Part shown: piece after piece, positions 8,519-18,282 of the stretch
Numbering within the stretch: the stretch's first letter is position 1
How the letters are laid out: each line of letters starts with the position of its first letter
NCBI GenBank assembly: GCA_964291265.2
Contig: OZ219747.1
Span: 3,968,001-4,032,000, forward strand
Direction of reading: 5' to 3'
DNA length: 64,000 nucleotides
DNA from: Alphaproteobacteria bacterium
GTDB lineage: Bacteria > Pseudomonadota > Alphaproteobacteria > SP197
The notes under the pieces: generated by a model
Told to the model about the DNA's origin: nothing
Database searches by the model: none
Seen by the model: the letters and a program-made list of their open reading frames with translations, nothing else
Translations under genes and position numbers: made by a program

Positions 8519-9745
8519 TCAGAGCAGTCCGGCCGGGATGGCGAAGACATCTCGAGTCAGTCTGGTCCAGGTTTCCTTCAGGCAAACCACCGCTCCCGTT
8601 CCGAGGGGCCTGTCCAGTCTCGTCAGGGATGAAAGGTTCCTCGCGGCGGCGAGTCCCGGGGACGCCGCCTTCTTGAATTCAACGGGGTGAATTCGGTTGT
8701 CACGCTCGATCAGCAGGTCCACCTCCCGGTGGTCCCGATCCCGGTAAAAGTGGATGGCGGCCTGCAGTCCGTTATGCCAGTAACTCTTGAGAATCTCGGC
8801 GAACATCCAGGACTCCAGGATTGCGCCGGACATCGCACCGGCTTCCAGCGTCTGTGGCGAGGACCATCCGGTCAGATAGGCACACAGACCGGTATCCAGG
8901 AAGTAGAGTTTCGGGGACTTTGTCAGCCGTTTGGTGAGATTGCTGTGCCAGGGGCGCAGCAGGTACACAAGACCCGCCGTCTCCAGTATCGAGAGCCACG
9001 CCTTTGCAGTCTTCTGATCGATATCAACGTCCCTGGCCATGTCGGCGAAGTTGACCATCTGGCCCGTGCGGGCGGCCGCGGCGCGCAGCATCCGGTAGAA
9101 GGCCAGTTCGTCGCCGACGCGGGAAAGCGCACGCACATCCCGTTGGATGTAGGTCTGGATGTACGAACTATAGAAGATGTCCCGCAGGTCTTCGTTGCCG
9201 AGAACCAGGCGGGGAAAGGACCCGAGCCAGATGCGGTGATAGATGTCCATCAGTCTCGTGGGCCGCTCCTTGCCGGCCTTGTCGTCGGTCAGCCATTCCT
9301 CGGTCGGCACAAACGCCCGAGAGCAAAGGGCCCGCCCGTCCAGTTCCGCCTGGGACAAGCCCAACAGATCGATGATGGCCACGCGCCCGGCAAGCGTTTC
9401 GGTGATGCCGTGCATCAACTGGAACTTCTGCGATCCGGTCAGCCAGTACATGCCGGGACGTCTGGCCGTGTCCACGGCAAGCTTCAGATGGCTGAACAGC
9501 TGGGGGGCGTGCTGCACTTCATCGATGGTGGCCGGCGCGGGGTGCATCTGCAGGAACAGGGCTGGATCAGTGCGGGCGATTTCACGTTGTTCCAGGTCAT
9601 CAAGCGTCACATAGCGGCGGTTGCAGTCACCGCAGTGTTCGAGAAGCGTGGTCTTTCCCACCTGCCGGGGACCGGTGAGCAAGAGCACCGGAAAGGCATC
9701 GGAAATGCGGGGAATGGTTCGAGACAGGGTGCGTTGAAGGTACAT
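8519..9745 (-). CDS. AAA_14 + DUF4143 ATP-binding protein
   Basis: LTGPRQVGKTT, IDEVQ, LTGS, KSPKLYFLDTGL, YRDRDHREVDL, PVEFK. Confidence 0.9.
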   Translation of the reverse strand: MYLQRTLSRTIPRISDAFPVLLLTGPRQVGKTTLLEHCGDCNRRYVTLDDLEQREIARTDPALFLQMHPAPATIDEVQHAPQLFSHLKLAVDTARRPGMYWLTGSQKFQLMHGITETLAGRVAIIDLLGLSQAELDGRALCSRAFVPTEEWLTDDKAGKERPTRLMDIYHRIWLGSFPRLVLGNEDLRDIFYSSYIQTYIQRDVRALSRVGDELAFYRMLRAAAARTGQMVNFADMARDVDIDQKTAKAWLSILETAGLVYLLRPWHSNLTKRLTKSPKLYFLDTGLCAYLTGWSSPQTLEAGAMSGAILESWMFAEILKSYWHNGLQAAIHFYRDRDHREVDLLIERDNRIHPVEFKKAASPGLAAARNLSSLTRLDRPLGTGAVVCLKETWTRLTRDVFAIPAGLL

Positions 9746-10401
9746 GATCTCGGCAATTCTGGCATTTCACTCCATATTAGCCGAACTTCGGAATCCATTC
9801 GAGTGAAACCGTACCCGAGTCGAGCACCGCTTCCGGTGCACGCGGAACGGGCTTACACCCGAAATCGTCCGGGTCCTTCACCACGATGTGCGGTTCTGCT
9901 GGTCCTCATCCCACGGAGTTCGAACAATCCATGGTGAGCATCGGGAAGTGCTGGCTGCATGATCCTGGAACAGTTCGATCATCGAGTTGACGAATCAAGG
10001 CATGGAGGTCGTCTTGATGAATCCCGGTGAGGGGATCACTGCGGGTTCACGGTCAGGTCGAGGGGCGAGGCGGCTGATGAACTCATCCACGACTATCTCA
10101 ATGCCGCCATGGCAACGCGTGTCGGTCAGCACCACATCGAGGAACATGGTCATGGTCACTTCACCGAGCACTCCCATGATCTCGCCCCCCGGGATGTGCT
10201 CGAAGCCGTGGATATCGTCGATCCCGTAACGCTCATGGCCCAGGGCCATTCCTGCGACGAGATCATCGCCGATATCCAGGAAAGGACGATCGTCACGTTC
10301 GACGGGATCAAGGCCGGCTTCCGAGGATAACGAGTGGAGATGCCGGCGTCTCCACTCATCCAGTCGGACATCCGTGTCCTGGTGGCTGACCGACTCCGCA
10401 A

Positions 10402-11631
10402 TCACGACCTCGCAGTGCACGACATCTGTGGCGCCGGCTGTCGGGCGGCGTGGCGCATGACCTCGTCGCGAGTCTCCTGGAGAAGGTCGAGATCGAAACC
10501 GAAGAGTTCCGCGGCATTGGCACAGAGAACCCGGTGTGCCGACTCGGCATCGAGTTCCTCACGAATCCGATCGATGATGGGCCGGCTTTCCGGCCAGGAT
10601 CCCTCGTCGTGGGGATAGTCATTGCCCCACATCAGGACGTTGCTGCCCGTGAACGTCACGTTGTTGAGAGCCACGGGATCGTCGGTGATGGTGATGGCGC
10701 CCTGGCGCAGGAAGTACTCGCTGGGGCGCAGGTCCAGTTTCTTCATGCCGAGGTGACGCTGTCGCTGCATCTGGTCCATGGCGTGGAGGACCCATGCCAG
10801 CCAACCGCACTCCGCCTCCGTGACGACGATCCTGAGGCCCGGATGATTCTCGAGGATGCCGGCACCCGTCAGCTCGACGATTGGCGCCATGCCCGCCGCC
10901 ATGCCCAGCACCGTGGAACTGAGCATCTCCGGCCAGTCGCGCTGTCGTTCGACGACGCCGGAGTAGGCAGCGAAACGGTCCGTGTCCATGGCGCCGAGAT
11001 CGGCGAAGTCCGCATGCAGGCCAAGGTTGCCGCTGAAGACGTGGAAGTTGAGGGGAATTCCCGCTTCCTCGGCCAGTGACCACAGGGGCTCGTAGTCGGG
11101 CATGCGATAGGGCCGCCAGGGAACGTTGGCCGGCAGGAAGAGCGTGCAGAACTCGAGTCTGATGGCGCGTTCGGCTTCCTTCATCATTTCGTCGATATCG
11201 TCGATTGCAATCATGGCGACGGGCTTGAGGCGGTGCCGCCAGGGACCGAAGGTGTCGCGCACGAAATCGTTCCACGCCCTGGCCCAGGCGTGGTGGAATG
11301 CGGTGGGCCCCCTGCCACCGGAGAAGGAAAGGCCGATGTTGGGAAAGAGCACGGCGGCATCGACACCCTCCAGCGCCATGTCCGACAGGCGTCTGTCAAT
11401 GTCCGTGCCTTGCGAAGGATCGGTGCGAAACTCCTTCATGAGGTCGATCTCGCCGAGTGACGCGGCGGTGGAGTTCCTCAGGTCCTCGCCGGCCAGCGTC
11501 ACCTTGAAATCGCCGTTCACATCGCCTTCGAGGCGCGGCAACAGATCATGATAGCGTTGCGGAAGCCGCTCCCGCATGGCGTCGGGTTCACCCACGTGGG
11601 CATCGGCTGAAATGACCACATCATGGAGCAT
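10402..11631 (-). CDS. amidohydrolase family protein (Amidohydro_2)
   Basis: ISADAHVGEP, PLNFH, MWGNDYPHDEG. Confidence 0.88.
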   Translation of the reverse strand: MLHDVVISADAHVGEPDAMRERLPQRYHDLLPRLEGDVNGDFKVTLAGEDLRNSTAASLGEIDLMKEFRTDPSQGTDIDRRLSDMALEGVDAAVLFPNIGLSFSGGRGPTAFHHAWARAWNDFVRDTFGPWRHRLKPVAMIAIDDIDEMMKEAERAIRLEFCTLFLPANVPWRPYRMPDYEPLWSLAEEAGIPLNFHVFSGNLGLHADFADLGAMDTDRFAAYSGVVERQRDWPEMLSSTVLGMAAGMAPIVELTGAGILENHPGLRIVVTEAECGWLAWVLHAMDQMQRQRHLGMKKLDLRPSEYFLRQGAITITDDPVALNNVTFTGSNVLMWGNDYPHDEGSWPESRPIIDRIREELDAESAHRVLCANAAELFGFDLDLLQETRDEVMRHAARQPAPQMSCTARS

Positions 11632-11754
11632 GAGACGATTGACCTTCCATGTGTCATCGCCATTCTCGCATCAGATCGGCACCGGACAAAACACTGTCGG
11701 TCCGTCCACGAGACACTATAGTGGCGGCCGGTGAGCCCGATGACCGGAGGAGAC

Positions 11755-12537
11755 ATGTCGAAGAGTGGACTGCTGGCCGAAAGACGGGCTCTCGTGACCG
11801 GTGCGGCAAGGGGAATCGGTCTTGCCATCGCCAGGGCCTTCCATGACGAGGGGGCAAGGGTGGCGTTGAGCGATATCGATGGAGGAGCAGCCGTCACCAT
11901 GGCCGCGGACCTCGGATCACGGGCTCGCGGCTATGCCCTCGACGTCACCGATGCCGGTGCCACCGAGCGGGTCTTCAACGAAGCGACGCGGTGGCTGGGC
12001 GGCCTCGATCTCGTTGCCGCCAATGCCGGCATCTCCACCATGCGTGCCGTCAGGGACCTGACGGAAGAGGATTGGGACGCCAACATGGACGTCAACGCCA
12101 AGGGTGTTTTCCTCACCAACCGGCAGGCAGTTCGACATTTTCTCGCAACGGACACCACCGGAGTCATCGTCAATACCGCCTCGCTCGCCGCCAAGACCGG
12201 CGCGCCTTACCTTGCCCATTACGCCGCCAGCAAGTTTGCCGTCGTCGGTTTCACGCAGTCATTGGCGAGGGAGGTCGCTTCCCACGGCATCCGTGTCAAT
12301 GCCGTGTGCCCCGGTTACGTCAGGACGTCGATGCAGGAGCGGGAAATCGAATGGGAAGGCAGGTTGCGCGGCATGGCGTCCGAGGCCGTGCGCGACGAGT
12401 ACGTTGCCGCGACGCCGCTGGGCCGTCTCGAGGAGCCTGACGATGTCGCCTCGATCGCCGTCTTCCTGGCGAGTGACCTTTCCCGGTTCCTGACCGGGGA
12501 ATCGATCAACGCCAGCGGTGGCGTACTGATGGACTGA
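11755..12537 (+). CDS. SDR family oxidoreductase
   Basis: TGAARGIG, NAG, YAASK; GGAGGAG RBS. Confidence 0.92.
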   Translation: MSKSGLLAERRALVTGAARGIGLAIARAFHDEGARVALSDIDGGAAVTMAADLGSRARGYALDVTDAGATERVFNEATRWLGGLDLVAANAGISTMRAVRDLTEEDWDANMDVNAKGVFLTNRQAVRHFLATDTTGVIVNTASLAAKTGAPYLAHYAASKFAVVGFTQSLAREVASHGIRVNAVCPGYVRTSMQEREIEWEGRLRGMASEAVRDEYVAATPLGRLEEPDDVASIAVFLASDLSRFLTGESINASGGVLMD

Positions 12538-12558
12538 ACCTCTCCGGGAGAGAAGGGT

Positions 12559-13368
12559 ATGGAATGGCTTGCGAAGCACCTGGGAACCAAGAAGCCGGTG
12601 ATCGCCATGGCGCATCTTCCGGCGTTGCCGGGATCACCGCTGCATGACGCCGCGGGAGGCATGGCCGCCATCATCGATCACGTGTCGCGGGACATCGACG
12701 CTCTTCAGGCGGGTGGTGTCGACTGCATCATGTTCGGCAACGAAGGAGACAGACCATACCTGCTCGAAGCCTCGCCGGAATCCCTTGCCGCCATGACTGC
12801 CGCCGTGGAGTCCGTCAAGGACTGCATCACCGTCCCCTTCGGTGTTGACTATCTGTGGGATCCGGTGGCAACCGTGGCCATTGCCGTGGCCACGGATGCC
12901 GCTTTCGCCAGGGAGATCTTTACCGGCGTCTACGATTCCGACATGGGTCTGTGGCAGCCGGATGCCGCTCGGGCACTCAGAATGCGTCACGATCTGGGGC
13001 GCGATGACCTGAAACTCCTCTTCAACATCAACGCGGAATTCGCATCGCCGGTGGGCGCCAGATCGATCGAGTTACGGGCCGAGAGCGCTGTCTTCTCATC
13101 GCTGGCCGACGCTGTCCTGGTCTCGGGCCCCATGACCGGACAACCTGTCAATGCATCCGAACTCGCGCGGGTCAAGGACGCTGTAGGCGAGACGCCGGTC
13201 CTTGCCAACACAGGCTGCACGGTAGCGAACATTGCCGACATCCTGTCCGTGGCCGACGGCTGTATCGTCGGCACGCACTTCAAGGTCGCAGGCGACACCT
13301 GGAACCCTGTCGATCCCGATCGGGTTGCCCAATTCATGGAGGTGGTTGTCAGGAACCGTTCCAGATGA
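12559..13368 (+). CDS. BtpA/SgcQ family TIM-barrel protein
   Basis: KPVIAMAHLPALPGSP, FGNEGDRPY, ANTG, DGCIVGTHFK. Confidence 0.9.
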   Translation: MEWLAKHLGTKKPVIAMAHLPALPGSPLHDAAGGMAAIIDHVSRDIDALQAGGVDCIMFGNEGDRPYLLEASPESLAAMTAAVESVKDCITVPFGVDYLWDPVATVAIAVATDAAFAREIFTGVYDSDMGLWQPDAARALRMRHDLGRDDLKLLFNINAEFASPVGARSIELRAESAVFSSLADAVLVSGPMTGQPVNASELARVKDAVGETPVLANTGCTVANIADILSVADGCIVGTHFKVAGDTWNPVDPDRVAQFMEVVVRNRSR

Positions 13369-14457
13369 GCTTGCTGCTCGGCCTCGACATCGGCACCACG
13401 TCAACCATCGGCATTCTTGTGGACTGCGGAGGCGGTGTCCTTGCGATCGCCTCAAGACCCAGTGAACTTCTGTCGCGTCACCCCAACTGGGCCGAGGAGG
13501 ACCCCGACCTGTGGTGGGCCAATGTCTGTGCCATCGTGCCCGAACTGATCAGCACGGGCGGCATAGGCGCGGGTGACATTGCCGGTGTCGGAGTGACGGG
13601 CATGGTTCCCACCCTCATCCTTGTCGATGACGATGATCAGGCAATACGTCATTCGATCCAGCAGAACGATGCGCGGGCGATCGAGGAGATCGGGACAATG
13701 GCACGGGACGTGGATGCCGACGCGTTCCTTGCCCTGACCGGTGGCAGCATCAACCAGCAGATCATTGCACCCAAGCTGCGCTGGCTGGAACGTCATGAAC
13801 CCGGCAACCGGAAGCGTACGCACACTATCACGGGTTCCTACAGCTATATCGCCGCCAGACTGTGCGGAAACCTCACCATTGAGCGGAACTGGGCCCTGGA
13901 AGCGGGATTCATGGACCTTGCTTCCGGAGCCCTTGATGACGGTCTGCTCGCCCACGCCGGCCTCGCACCGGGCAGTCTCCCGCCACTCCACGCCTCCCAC
14001 GACATTGTCGGTGAGGTGACATCCCATGCCGCATCGCAGACGGGACTCGCCGCCGGCACCCCCGTCGTGGCCGGGTGTGCCGATCACATCGCCTCCGCCT
14101 TCGCGGCAGGCGCATCACGGGACGGCGACCTGGTCGTCAAGTACGGCGGAGCAGGAGACATCCTGCTGTCGTGCACCACCCCGGTGACCGACCCCCGCAT
14201 GTTCATCGACTACCACATCGTCCCCGGCCTCCACTTCTCGAATGGTTGCATGGCCGCCAGTGGCAGCGTGCTGAACTGGATTGCCACCCACCTGGCGAAG
14301 GCCGAGGCAGACCAGGCAGCGCAGGAGGGGCGCCCCGTCCACGCCTCCCTTGACGCCAAGGCGGCGGACCTGCCCCCGGGGGCGGGCGGCGTTCTCCTGC
14401 TTCCCTATTTCCTGGGAGAGAAGACACCTCTCAACGATCCTCACGCGCGGGGTACCC
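13365..14457 (+). pseudogene. FGGY carbohydrate kinase, 5' part (interrupted by IS)
   Basis: LGLDIGTTST, APKLRWL, LPYFLGEKTP; removing 14458-16894 restores …HARGTLTGLGLHH…. Confidence 0.92.
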
Positions 14458-16886
14458 CTGCCCTTTAGTCATAAATCGTGCTGGACAAGATGATTCGGAT
14501 GGTGCACCCTGCCCTGCATGGAAGCACACATTCCGATCAAACGTGTCCTTGAGGACCAGCTCGATCGCCTGCAGTCGATCGTCACCGAGAGCGGCGATAG
14601 TAGTCAAAACCGCCTGGCGCTGGAAGTGTGCCGGCACTTCGGCCTGCGGGACGCACGGGGACGCGAGCGGGTATCGAGCTGTGTCGTGGCCCTGAAGCAG
14701 CTGGCATCGCAGGGCAGGATCGAGGGCTTGCCGGAGCCCTCCGGTCAGCGGCGTCGGGCAACGCCCCGCCGGCTCGGCGAGGCGGTGGAGAAGCCGCGTG
14801 ATGTGCCGGCGAGCGTGGCGGCGATCCAGGGTCTGCGGATCCTGCTGGTGCGCACGGATGCCGAACGGGCGCTCTGGAACGAACTGATGGCGCGGGAGCA
14901 CTTTCTCGGCGCTCCCATTCTGGCCGGTCATCAGCTGCGCTATCTGGTGGATTCCGCTCACGGCTGTCTCGGCGGTTTCGGCTTTGCCGCAGCGGCGCTG
15001 AAGGTGGCGGATCGGGATGCCTGGATCGGCTGGGATGCCGACCGGCGTCGTGCGGAGCGACACCGGGTGCTGTCGATGAGCCGGTTTCTGATCCGGGTGC
15101 CGGTTGCGAACCTTGCGTCGAAGACGCTGTCGATGTGCCTGTCTCGCCTGGGCGCCGATGTTGCGCAGCGCTACGGGTTCCTGCCATGGCTGGTCGAGAC
15201 CTATGTCGACCCGACGCGCGACGGTGCGAGCCTGCGGGCGGCGAACTGGCAGCTCGTGGGGTTCACCCGGGGCCGAGGCCGTCAGGACCGCGCGCGCGAG
15301 ATGGCCGAGAGCGTCAAGGCCGTGTACATGTACGTTCTGGACCGGGACTGGCGGCACAAGCTGGGGGTGGCGGAGCCGATGCCGGCCCTGTCCCCGGGGG
15401 AGGGTCTGGACGCCTCGGCGTGGGCGCACCACGAGTTCGGGGGAGCGCCGATCGGCGACCGGCGTCTGAGTGCGCGCCTGGTGGAGATTGCACGAAGACA
15501 GGGAGAGAGTCCGATGTCGTCCTACAGCGGTCTGGCGCGCCCGGATCCTGCCGGTGTCCGGGCCTATTATCGGTTCCTGGATCAGCCGGAGACGTCGGCG
15601 GTGACCCCGGCGAACATCCTGGCGCCGCACCGTCAACGAACGGTGCAGCGGATGTGCGGCCAGCGGGTGGCGTTGTGCATTCAGGACGGGACGGACCTGA
15701 ACTTCGCGACCCGTCCGGGCTGCGACGGTCTGGGCATCATCGGCACGAACCAGACGGCCTCGCAGACCCTGGGCCTGCACCTGCACGCCAGCTACGTTGT
15801 CAGCGGCGAAGGCCTGCCGCTGGGGGTGGCGCGTCTTGCCTTCGACGCTCCTCCCCGCCCCCGGGCAAAGACCGGTTCGGGCGAGGATGTCGAGATGTCC
15901 CGGCGCAAGTCGCAGCGCTGGCTCGACGGTCTCGACGACATCGCGGACCTCGCGGCCCGGACGACCGGGGTGAAGGTCGTGTGCGTGATGGACCGGGAAG
16001 CGGACTTCTTCGAACTGTTCGACCGGTGCCGGCAGCATCGCCGTCTGTCGATGCTGGTGCGGGCTCGACATGACCGGGTTCTCAAGCGCGGGGCTGCGAA
16101 GCTGTTCACCCGACTACGTACGTCTGCCTGCCGCGGCACCATGCAGATCGACATACCCCGCCTGACGGCCCGGCCGAAGTCCTCGGGGCGCAAGAAGCAG
16201 CCCGGCCGCACTGCCCGGCGGAACGCGGTGCTGGAGTTGCGCTGGTTGTCGACCACGCTGCCGGCGACCGCTGGCTGCCCCGATGCCGCGCCCGTGGCCG
16301 TGACCGCGCTGCATCTCCTCGAGACGGCCCCGCCGGCCGGGGAAGCTCCGGTGGAATGGTTCCTGTTGACCGACCTTCCTGTGGACCACGCCGAAGCGGC
16401 CCAGGAGATCGTCGGCTGGTACGCGCTGCGCTGGCGGATCGAATGCTGGTTCCGGGTGCTGAAGTCCGGCTGCCGGGTGGAGCACCTGGCGACGCGCAAG
16501 GCCTGCCGCCTGGAACGGCAGATCACCATCCACGCCGTGATCGCCTGGCGTCTTGCCCTGATGACCCTGCTCGGGCGGGATGTGCCGACGATGAAGCCCG
16601 ACTGCCTGTTCTCGGACCTGGAACTCCGCTTCCTCGGCGACTATGCCCGGCGATACCGGCTGGACCCGCCCGACACGCTGGGGGCGGCGGTGAAGCTGGT
16701 GGCGATCCTCGGCGGGTATCTGGACCGCAAGCATGATCCGGCGCCGGGCAACCAGACGATGTGGCATGGCTATCCGCGACTGGCCACCGCTGCCCTGGCC
16801 TATGAATGCCTGCTCGAGGCCCTCGATCTGGATCCGACGTCGGAAGGACACGATCACGTCCTGCACGATTTGTGACTAATAGGTAG
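14458..16886 (+). mobile_element. complete IS4-family (IS50/Tn5-like) insertion sequence with DUF4338-fused transposase, 2429 bp
   Basis: 24-bp TIRs CTGCCCTTTAGTCATAAATCGTGC (14458-14481) and revcomp CTACCTATTAGTCACAAATCGTGC (16863-16886), 20/24 match; TSD GGGTACCC at 14450-14457 and 16887-16894. Confidence 0.93.
14518..16875 (+). CDS. DUF4338 (DruA-like) domain fused to Tn5/IS50-like transposase
   Basis: WNELMAREHFLG, RDAWIGW, NLASKTL, LVETYVD, GASLRAANW…GFTRGRG; then GDRRLSARL, IQDGT, MDREAD, YALRWRIECWFRVLK, LGGYLDRKHDPAPG. Confidence 0.9.
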   Translation: MEAHIPIKRVLEDQLDRLQSIVTESGDSSQNRLALEVCRHFGLRDARGRERVSSCVVALKQLASQGRIEGLPEPSGQRRRATPRRLGEAVEKPRDVPASVAAIQGLRILLVRTDAERALWNELMAREHFLGAPILAGHQLRYLVDSAHGCLGGFGFAAAALKVADRDAWIGWDADRRRAERHRVLSMSRFLIRVPVANLASKTLSMCLSRLGADVAQRYGFLPWLVETYVDPTRDGASLRAANWQLVGFTRGRGRQDRAREMAESVKAVYMYVLDRDWRHKLGVAEPMPALSPGEGLDASAWAHHEFGGAPIGDRRLSARLVEIARRQGESPMSSYSGLARPDPAGVRAYYRFLDQPETSAVTPANILAPHRQRTVQRMCGQRVALCIQDGTDLNFATRPGCDGLGIIGTNQTASQTLGLHLHASYVVSGEGLPLGVARLAFDAPPRPRAKTGSGEDVEMSRRKSQRWLDGLDDIADLAARTTGVKVVCVMDREADFFELFDRCRQHRRLSMLVRARHDRVLKRGAAKLFTRLRTSACRGTMQIDIPRLTARPKSSGRKKQPGRTARRNAVLELRWLSTTLPATAGCPDAAPVAVTALHLLETAPPAGEAPVEWFLLTDLPVDHAEAAQEIVGWYALRWRIECWFRVLKSGCRVEHLATRKACRLERQITIHAVIAWRLALMTLLGRDVPTMKPDCLFSDLELRFLGDYARRYRLDPPDTLGAAVKLVAILGGYLDRKHDPAPGNQTMWHGYPRLATAALAYECLLEALDLDPTSEGHDHVLHDL

Positions 16887-17325
16887 GGGTACCCTGACCG
16901 GCCTCGGCCTGCACCACGGCCTCGCTCATGTCTGGCGAGCGGCCCTTGAATCGGTGGCCTTCGGCTTCCGACACCATGTCGAGGTGTTCGACGACATGGG
17001 CCTGGAGATCACCCGGGTTGTCGCCTGCGATGGTGGTGCGGCAAGCGATCTGTGGGTTCAGATCACGGCCGATGTTCTCGAACGGCCCATCGAGAGGCTG
17101 CGTGATCACCCGGGATCATGTCTCGGCGCCGCCTTCGTCGCCGGCATGGGCGTCGGTGTCATCACCGACTGGACTGACATCAAGGCCTATGTCGGAACGG
17201 GCCGTGTCTTCGATCCGGATGGTGCCACGTCATCCGTCTACCGCGAGGCCTATGGTCTGTGCAGGGAACTCTATGAACGCCTGAAGTCCTTCTACCCCCG
17301 GATCGGCAGGCTTCCGTCGGGCTGA
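16887..17325 (+). pseudogene. FGGY carbohydrate kinase, 3' part
   Basis: GTLTGLGLHHGLAHVWRAALESVAFG, DGGAASDLWVQITADVL, GSCLGAAFVAG. Confidence 0.92.
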
Positions 17326-17340
17326 CGCCTTGGCACTCGT

Positions 17341-18282
17341 TCAGTCGGCGCCGAGGGCGGCAATCGGAGAACCCGAGAGCAGCCTGGAGACGGTGCCGTC
17401 GATACCGCGTCGCGGCTCGCCCATCAGAGTGACACGGTACAGTCGCCGGTCGAAATCGAGATCGAAGATATCCGGTGTCGCGAAATGCAGACAGGACCGG
17501 TTGTCCCAGAAGGCCACGCTGCCCGGTTCCCACCTGAAACGCACCATGAACTCGGGTCTGAGGGCGTGTTCGTAGAGCAACTCGAGGAGTCGTTCGCTCT
17601 CGAAGGGCGACAGTCCGACCACATTCCGGACGAACTCCGGATTGACATAGAGGACGCGTCTGCCGGACTCTGGATGGATCACCACCATGGGGTGTTCGGC
17701 CATCAGTGCTGCACCTTCCACCCGCTGATCGTATTCGCGGCTGCGCTCGGCGCCCGAGTGCGGCTCGAACCGGTGGATGCAGCTCAAGTGGTCGACGAAC
17801 CCGCGGAGAACGGGGGACAGGGTCTCGTAGGCCCGGGTCATGTCGAGCCACAGGGTATCGCCACCGTGGGGAGGGATGATGTCGCCTCTCAGAATCGTGG
17901 CGAACGGCGGATTGACCGCCGGCGTGACGTCGGCATGCCAGCCCTTCCAGGCGCGGCGCGGCTTCTCGCCTCCCCTATTGATGGCCACGCGAAATTTTGT
18001 GACGGGATAGATTTCCGGGGGCAGGCCATCCTTCGTGCCAAACACCACGTGGGCTGGCGTCAGTTCGCCGAACTGCCTGGCAAAGCGGCTGTGTTGTGCA
18101 TGGTCCAGTGACTGGTTCCTGAAGAAGATCACCTTCCACTCAACAAGCGCCTTGCGTATCACCGTCACCGCGTCGTCGGCCAACGGCCGGGCGAGGTCGA
18201 CGCCGGCGATCTCCGCGCCAATGTGCGCCGTCATGGGACGAACGTCAGGCAGGATGGGCGGAGAGTGCCTGGGATGTGTCAC
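17341..18282 (-). CDS. TauD/TfdA family dioxygenase (TauD/AtsK-like)
   Basis: IGAEIAGVDL, WHADVT, HPMVVIHPESGRRVLYVN, FWDNRSCLH; overlaps the ABC ATPase stop. Confidence 0.9.
   Translation of the reverse strand: MTHPRHSPPILPDVRPMTAHIGAEIAGVDLARPLADDAVTVIRKALVEWKVIFFRNQSLDHAQHSRFARQFGELTPAHVVFGTKDGLPPEIYPVTKFRVAINRGGEKPRRAWKGWHADVTPAVNPPFATILRGDIIPPHGGDTLWLDMTRAYETLSPVLRGFVDHLSCIHRFEPHSGAERSREYDQRVEGAALMAEHPMVVIHPESGRRVLYVNPEFVRNVVGLSPFESERLLELLYEHALRPEFMVRFRWEPGSVAFWDNRSCLHFATPDIFDLDFDRRLYRVTLMGEPRRGIDGTVSRLLSGSPIAALGAD

Noticed and set aside
14518-16875. Complete Druantia anti-phage system
   Set aside because: No DruE helicase or DruB-D genes; the DUF4338 domains are inside IS elements.
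5066-18282. Calling either dioxygenase tauD, or the GMC enzyme at 53652-55307 betA
   Set aside because: The family is clear but the substrate cannot be determined from sequence, so symbols are withheld.
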